Positions 7,907 through 12,904 of a stretch of 12,904 bases of DNA are shown piece by piece. The stretch spans positions 1 to 12,904 of the forward strand of contig JBQPWD010000009.1 in the NCBI GenBank assembly GCA_052246995.1. Direction: 5' to 3'. The notes under the pieces are model-generated. The model saw only the letters and a program-made list of their open reading frames with translations. It was not told where the DNA came from and did not search any database. Numbering within the stretch: the first letter of the stretch is position 1; every line of letters begins with the position of its first letter. This DNA is from Candidatus Bathyarchaeota archaeon (lineage in GTDB: Archaea > Thermoproteota > Bathyarchaeia > Hecatellales > Hecatellaceae). The position numbers and the translations under genes are program-made.

Positions 7907-8902
7907 TCAGCTCCTTTTATGTTTTCTGTAATTATACAAAAGAATTATGAATATGCAAACAATTATGGATATAACAGTAAAATTGACAACAAAAGAATCC
8001 GCTTGTTTTAAATTTTCATATCCAGTGGGATCTGTTTGACCAATAAACGCTTGAGGATTATCTCCTTGCCCACTCTTAAACCATTCAACAGTACATTGAA
8101 TGGCTATATCAATATACTTGTTAGCATCTTCAGTACTCACAAAGTTTTTAATGAAATCTGAGAAAGCTTTATAAAAACTCCACCAGCCTCCCGCCTGTGG
8201 AATCACGAAACCTTCAGTATAGAATTTTCCTCCAGAAAGAATACCATTAAACAGAGATGCTTCATCTGAAAAACTGTTAGCAACTGTTCTTCCTAAAACT
8301 TTGTCTGCCCATTCAACAGGTGTTAACCATCCCCCTTTTTCAGAACTCCAGAAATAGTCGTTACCTTCAAAAGGAACATTCCACATTGCAAAGCTACTAT
8401 AAGACATTGCTTCAACAAGAGGATCTTCTGCTATAAGTCTAGCTTCAAGTAAACCCTCAACTAAAGGATGAATAATATTGTTTTGAACAAACGTGTTTCT
8501 TATTTTCTCTGGAATCCACATGTTATGTGACACAGCATCCTGTATCAAATGAACACCCACACCTAAAGCAAAAGCTTTTGCTCTGTCATCATTTGCTTCA
8601 CAAGCCTGTCTCCAAAGCTCTTTTTGAAATGTCCAAGCGTGTGTAGCAGAATAGCTTTTCCATTCACTATAATAGTAGATTACAGTAACGTCAGGATACA
8701 TCATTCCAGTCAAAAACCAGCTTTTCATACCGGGTTTCATTATAATGTTTGTTAAAGTAGTATTTCCTGCAAGCTTCAAAACTTTTTCAGTAAAGTATAT
8801 ATGCGTGCATGGACCCCAAGCATTTGCTTTTTCAACGTTCACCGTAAAAAATAACAGAGCAAACAGAATAAGAATTGAAAAAACTATCTTAAATTTCTTC
8901 AT
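7907..8902 (-). CDS. Membrane-anchored zinc-dependent phospholipase C family (PLC/S1-P1 nuclease fold) phosphodiesterase
   Basis: Signal cleavage ANA|W exposes the N-terminal Trp. Ligand set in the expected order: W29, H34, D71 (GMMYPD), H88, H118-xxx-D122-xxx-H126, H145-xxx-E149. C-terminal TM followed by RKHKRS. Confidence 0.88.
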   Translation of the reverse strand: MKKFKIVFSILILFALLFFTVNVEKANAWGPCTHIYFTEKVLKLAGNTTLTNIIMKPGMKSWFLTGMMYPDVTVIYYYSEWKSYSATHAWTFQKELWRQACEANDDRAKAFALGVGVHLIQDAVSHNMWIPEKIRNTFVQNNIIHPLVEGLLEARLIAEDPLVEAMSYSSFAMWNVPFEGNDYFWSSEKGGWLTPVEWADKVLGRTVANSFSDEASLFNGILSGGKFYTEGFVIPQAGGWWSFYKAFSDFIKNFVSTEDANKYIDIAIQCTVEWFKSGQGDNPQAFIGQTDPTGYENLKQADSFVVNFTVISIIVCIFIILLYNYRKHKRS

Positions 8903-10076
8903 GTTTTCTTATCATCCTTATTAACATTAATACTATTACAATAGACACTGGAACCAAAATGTATGGTGTAGTTATGAACTTCCAGATGTCAAATCCACTT
9001 GTAACAGTTGCAACTTTTAAACCGTTCTCAGTTAATGGAATAGGGTAAGTACCTACAAAAGCCTGTCCTATAAGTCTTATTTGATACCAAGACTCAACTA
9101 GGTGAAAGTATACTCTAATAGTGTTTGCAGTTAACTGTTCAACGTTTACATATCCATTTCTTCTGGAAAAAATCATTCCCGTAGGCGACTCTATTTCTAT
9201 GTCTATGTCTGCTACACGTATAGTAATTGGATTAAGACGTGCATCTGTAAATTCAATATCAAAATATCCACAGCCATACGCAACTTCTATACCTATGCCT
9301 GCATTTATTCCCGGAATAACCGTAATTGTTTCACCTGTTTGAAAAATATATTTTGTAGCAACAACAGGAGTCCTTAAATCTACAGTAAACTCAGACTCCA
9401 GAGATACGTATGACATGTAATATGCTTTAACAGTTATTGTATATGTTCCTGTGAAGTCATTATTGACGTTGAATGGAAACTCATATACGCCTGTTTCAAC
9501 TTGTATAGGTGTGAACTGTATCAAAGATGTTGAAGATGGAGCATTATATGGAACATTTATTCTAACTATTTCCCACTTTGTAGGAGAAAAAATAACAGAG
9601 TCTGCTTCAGTTTCTTTCGCCCTAAGCCTCAAAACAATATCTTTGTTTGTCAAAGGGTCAATAAACTGAACTTTGTCGTGTAAACCTTCAACAATAACAC
9701 CCGGAACACACTTAACATTAACAGTCAAAGAAGCAAACTCTCCAGACGGAGAACTGAACGTTATTTGCTCACTTTGTGAGCTTCTAGGTGGTTTAACAGA
9801 GAAATAAACCTTTCCAGTGTTGGGTTCTGAATAAAATGTCTTTGAAGAGTATTCCCATGAAACTTTAATTTCTACCTTTACATATGAGCTAGTGAACGTG
9901 CCGTCAATTTTCCTAATTGTTGCTGACAGTTTTGTTTCAACATTTACTGGAAGACATAGTCCATCTGAGAAGTCTGCTGTAATATAATATAAGTACTGGG
10001 CTGATACTTTGTTGATGTTTGACAAGAAAACCATTGAAAACATGAAAAATGTAAGTAAAAGATATGTTTTTCTCAT
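8889..10076 (-). CDS. Secreted type I membrane protein (~395 aa) with about three Ig-like domains; paralog of the C-terminal part of the upstream protein
   Basis: Likely start ATG 10076 (MRKTY...VSA|Q), 1 nt after the upstream TAA and preceded by AGGAGG; the ORF track start at 10115 is probably too long. Beta-rich ectodomain, then TTPY, a TM helix and RMIRKHEEI. Overlaps the PLC gene by 14 nt. Confidence 0.87.
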   Translation of the reverse strand: MRKTYLLLTFFMFSMVFLSNINKVSAQYLYYITADFSDGLCLPVNVETKLSATIRKIDGTFTSSYVKVEIKVSWEYSSKTFYSEPNTGKVYFSVKPPRSSQSEQITFSSPSGEFASLTVNVKCVPGVIVEGLHDKVQFIDPLTNKDIVLRLRAKETEADSVIFSPTKWEIVRINVPYNAPSSTSLIQFTPIQVETGVYEFPFNVNNDFTGTYTITVKAYYMSYVSLESEFTVDLRTPVVATKYIFQTGETITVIPGINAGIGIEVAYGCGYFDIEFTDARLNPITIRVADIDIEIESPTGMIFSRRNGYVNVEQLTANTIRVYFHLVESWYQIRLIGQAFVGTYPIPLTENGLKVATVTSGFDIWKFITTPYILVPVSIVIVLMLIRMIRKHEEI

Positions 10077-10077
10077 T

Positions 10078-12735
10078 TTAATGTTTTCTCCTCCTAAGTA
10101 ATATCGCCAAAACAATTAGTGCAACAAATCCTATGAAATACGGGTTAGTCAATAGTGGAGGTATGCTTGGAGTTTCATATGTTGATATGTTGAAAACTTG
10201 AGGTTCCTGATAGAATGGTAAACCAGAGTATTTAACGATAACTTTGTATGTTCCGATTTTATTGAAAGAGTAAACTATTGTAATGCTTTTGTCAGCATCA
10301 CTAAAAGTATATCTGTCTTTAAGTTCGTTTGCGGTCGTCATGGACACTCCATCTGGATCAGTAATTATAACCTCAATATTGTTTTCGGATATTCCTTTAT
10401 AGGGCTGGTTATACTTGTCTTTGAAAGCAATAATTATTTTGTTTGAACCAATAGGTATGCTAGTAGGACTAATAATAGCCACAACTGAAGGCGGTGTCAT
10501 TTTAGCTGTTGCTGTCAATTCAGTGCTGATCCAACCTGTCTTTTTAAATGTTATTTTCAAGGTTAAAGTATGCGTTTCGTAGTTAAAGCTTGGATTTATA
10601 GATTTATAGAAGTCGAAAACTTTGGCTTGCAATGTAAAACTGTTTCCTGAAGCTTGATATAAAATGTAATCGTTGCTCACCTGTACACCTTTTTCATCCG
10701 TTAACGAAATAGTAGAGGCAGAAACATATAACACAGGCTCATCAGTTTCTCTATTCACAATTGAACCTTTATATACAAAGTCGAAGTCACCCGGTTTATA
10801 TATTTGTTCAGTTGAAAAGCTTATCTGTTTAATAGCTAACTGAGGAAGAACTTTCAAAGAGAAACATTTAACAACTTTGTTTTCATATAATACTGTCATG
10901 TTATAGGGGCTATCCTGACTACGTGAAGGAGTTAAGATTGTTATCGTTGTTGTCCCATCTGAACCAGTGATACCTGACTTTGTAAACCCTGTATATGTGC
11001 CTTTTGGTTCAATAATTAAAGTTAACGATATACCACTTACAGTTTTGCCTGTAGCTACATCTTTTGCTAAAAGCTTAACATCAACGTTTGCACTTGGAGG
11101 AAACTCCAACAATGTAAGGCAATCAACAGTAATTTCATAAATAATAGTTATGCTTTTTGCAGTAGTGTCTGTACTTCTTCCATCAGTTACTGTTAACTTA
11201 ACGTTATATGTGTTAGCGCTTGTATATTTATGTGAAACAGATGGAGAATTTGTGTTAAGCGTAGAACCATCTCCAAAATCCCATGCATAGTTTGTAATAG
11301 AACCTTTACCCGTAAACATGAAAGTTATCAAACTATTAACTTTTAATTCGCCGGAATATGTGAAATCTGCTTTAATAGGTTCATTTACGACAACTGTTTT
11401 CGAAACCTCTGGACTTGTGTATGGAGTGCTATCTACAATGTACAATTTTACAGTATGAGAACCTGTTGTTCGAAAAGTATAAGTAAATATTGGAACAGTT
11501 GTAACAGTTGAGTAGCCGTCTATTGTCCAATGATATTCTTTTATGGTGGAGCCGGAGGAAGGCTTAGAAGTAGAAGCGTCAAAAGTAACTGTTTCATTTG
11601 CATATGGCACACTAGGTGTCCATGTGAAACTTGCATAACCATACTCGATCGGAGAAACGAATATTGTAATGCTTGCACTTCCAGAAGTGTTTTCATCGTC
11701 AATAACCGTTAATGTAATAGTATATGCACCAGCATTGTAATAAACATGAGTAACACTTACACCATTAGCAGTTGCTCCATCACCGAAATCCCAATAGTAG
11801 CTAATTATGGTGCCCCCGTCTGGGTCATACGAGCCGGATCCATCAAAATTAACAGTCAAAGGAGCATAACCACTTGTTTTGTCTACAGAAATTTTCGCCA
11901 CGACTGTAATAGCGTTCACATGTACAATTATTGATTTTGTGGCTGTTAATCCATAATCATCTGTGACAGTTAATGAAACAGTATTGTCTCCATAATTTTT
12001 AAAAACATATGTAAATGTTGCTCCAGTAACTGTTTTAACAGTAGTCCCATCGTATATTGTCCAGCTGTAGCTTACTATTGAGCCATCTAAGTCATATGAA
12101 TGGCTACCATCAAAAGTTACTGTTGCTCCAACAGTTGGAACTGTCGGATAATGGTCTATGATAGCTTCTGGAGGCTTGTTTTTCTCAACTGTAATGGTTC
12201 CTCCTGAACGCATATTGATGTTTGTTGTTCTATCAATTATTTCGGGTCTTTTAGAAACAGTTACAGTATAACATGGAACTTCATTTTGATGAATAATGTC
12301 GTAAAATTCTAAAATACATGAACCGTCAACATCTGTTACTCCGTAAGTCAAAGTATTTTCTAAAGTTAATCCACGATTTTGACTGATCCATGAAATATCT
12401 TTCACGTCAATTTTTCCATCTCCGTTCATGTCAGCCCAACGAACATTTACTTGTCCATAATATCCTTGCACATACATAACATCATAGTCATCTATCTTAA
12501 AGTCTAGCTCGGGTAGCATACTGACAGAGTTGAAAACATCACCTAGCAAATGAAATGTTCCTTCAGTTGCTATAGCACGAAGGGTTGCACCTGCAACAGC
12601 GGAACCATAATTGTCTACAACCTTTATTGTTCCACTTGGAATCGGAGTTAAAGTAAACGGTAATATTTTTACAAGCATAATTAAAATAGAAATGGCAACG
12701 ATAGCTAACAGTATTACAGCTACATGTTTCTTCAT
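10078..12735 (-). CDS. PKD-domain surface protein (~885 aa): N-terminal TM/signal, dockerin-containing domain, 4 PKD domains, Ig-like stalk, C-terminal TM
   Basis: Likely start ATG 12735 (MKKHV) after AGGTG. Ca-binding loop ADMNGDGKIDVKD. PKD signatures VTFDGSHSYDLDGSIVSYSW, YYWDFGDG, YHWTIDG and YAWDFGDG. Ends in TNPY, a TM helix and RRRKH. Confidence 0.92.
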   Translation of the reverse strand: MKKHVAVILLAIVAISILIMLVKILPFTLTPIPSGTIKVVDNYGSAVAGATLRAIATEGTFHLLGDVFNSVSMLPELDFKIDDYDVMYVQGYYGQVNVRWADMNGDGKIDVKDISWISQNRGLTLENTLTYGVTDVDGSCILEFYDIIHQNEVPCYTVTVSKRPEIIDRTTNINMRSGGTITVEKNKPPEAIIDHYPTVPTVGATVTFDGSHSYDLDGSIVSYSWTIYDGTTVKTVTGATFTYVFKNYGDNTVSLTVTDDYGLTATKSIIVHVNAITVVAKISVDKTSGYAPLTVNFDGSGSYDPDGGTIISYYWDFGDGATANGVSVTHVYYNAGAYTITLTVIDDENTSGSASITIFVSPIEYGYASFTWTPSVPYANETVTFDASTSKPSSGSTIKEYHWTIDGYSTVTTVPIFTYTFRTTGSHTVKLYIVDSTPYTSPEVSKTVVVNEPIKADFTYSGELKVNSLITFMFTGKGSITNYAWDFGDGSTLNTNSPSVSHKYTSANTYNVKLTVTDGRSTDTTAKSITIIYEITVDCLTLLEFPPSANVDVKLLAKDVATGKTVSGISLTLIIEPKGTYTGFTKSGITGSDGTTTITILTPSRSQDSPYNMTVLYENKVVKCFSLKVLPQLAIKQISFSTEQIYKPGDFDFVYKGSIVNRETDEPVLYVSASTISLTDEKGVQVSNDYILYQASGNSFTLQAKVFDFYKSINPSFNYETHTLTLKITFKKTGWISTELTATAKMTPPSVVAIISPTSIPIGSNKIIIAFKDKYNQPYKGISENNIEVIITDPDGVSMTTANELKDRYTFSDADKSITIVYSFNKIGTYKVIVKYSGLPFYQEPQVFNISTYETPSIPPLLTNPYFIGFVALIVLAILLRRRKH
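11142..12180 (-). repeat. Array of four PKD domains
   Basis: Four ~80-90-aa units, each with a T/N-F strand, a W-[DT]-[FI]-x-DG motif and a G-x-Y/H-T-V-x-L-T-V-x-D-like strand. Confidence 0.85.
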
Positions 12736-12760
12736 TTTTAGACACACCTGAGTTTTTCTT

Positions 12761-12904
12761 TTACCATTCTATTTCATCTTCCTTTTTAACCAGTAAGGTG
12801 ACTCCAGCACAAAACATGGATACACCTAACAGTAATAAAGCAAATTCTAAAGTAAATTTAAAGGCAGTAGATGGGAGAACTACTATAACTTGTAAACTGT
12901 TCAT
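12761..12904 (-). CDS. 3' end of an upstream gene encoding a C-terminally TM-anchored protein (probably truncated by the window edge)
   Basis: Not in the ORF track. The frame from 12904 reads MNSLQVIVVLPSTAFKFTLEFALLLLGVSMFCAGVTLLVKKEDEIEW*, with stop TAA at 12761-12763: a beta-strand, a TM helix and a charged tail, like the neighbouring genes. The ATG at the very edge may be internal. Confidence 0.7.
   Translation of the reverse strand: MNSLQVIVVLPSTAFKFTLEFALLLLGVSMFCAGVTLLVKKEDEIEW

Noticed and set aside
7583-8011. 142-aa plus-strand ORF
   Set aside because: Antisense shadow of two well-supported minus-strand genes, with no recognisable motif or RBS.
10078-10180. Possible archaeosortase (PGF-CTERM/PEF-CTERM) sorting signal
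   Set aside because: TM plus basic tail is present, but there is no PGF/PEF-type motif before the helix and no sortase gene in the window.
4810-11934. Short plus-strand ORFs (4810, 6532, 9121, 9451, 11530, 11746) and the minus-strand alternate-frame ORF 5207-5401
   Set aside because: All lie entirely inside long genes with clear domain content, and their 60-73 aa lengths are expected by chance.
6202-12735. Classical cellulosome interpretation of the dockerins
   Set aside because: No recognisable glycoside hydrolase catalytic domain or cohesin scaffoldin in the window, and non-cellulosomal dockerins are known in archaea.
12563-12745. 60-aa Cys-rich alternate-frame ORF resembling a metal-binding or RiPP peptide
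   Set aside because: Frame-shifted reading of the signal region of the PKD gene. The Cys codons arise from T-GT/T-GC junctions of Val/Ala codons, and no maturation genes are present.
1-12904. tRNA/rRNA, CRISPR array, IS element, DGR or explicit viral hallmark gene
   Set aside because: Intergenic gaps are 60 nt or less, and no long exact DNA repeats or transposase, integrase, reverse transcriptase, capsid or terminase motifs were seen. A viral origin therefore remains only an inference.

Overview
AT-rich, very compact minus-strand gene cluster with archaeal signatures: BRE/TATA promoters, GGAGGTG/GGTG ribosome-binding sites, and dockerins of the style common in Bathyarchaeia surface proteins. 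In transcription order it encodes: the 3' end of a TM-anchored protein; an ~885-aa dockerin + 4xPKD + Ig-stalk protein; an ~395-aa paralog of that stalk; a secreted, membrane-tethered Zn-dependent phospholipase C/S1-P1-fold phosphodiesterase with all nine expected metal ligands; a small signal-anchored Ig protein; a secreted beta-propeller-dockerin protein with its own promoter; an ~1790-aa sequon-rich mosaic surface protein; and a polytopic membrane protein. A second promoter then drives a soluble protein that runs off the left edge. Every complete gene is exported or membrane-bound. The cluster looks like a single surface or envelope apparatus, either the structural module of an enveloped archaeal virus/mobile element or a cell-contact complex. 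No viral hallmark gene, RNA gene, CRISPR array or IS element was recognised. Domain calls come from reading motifs by eye, not from database searches.
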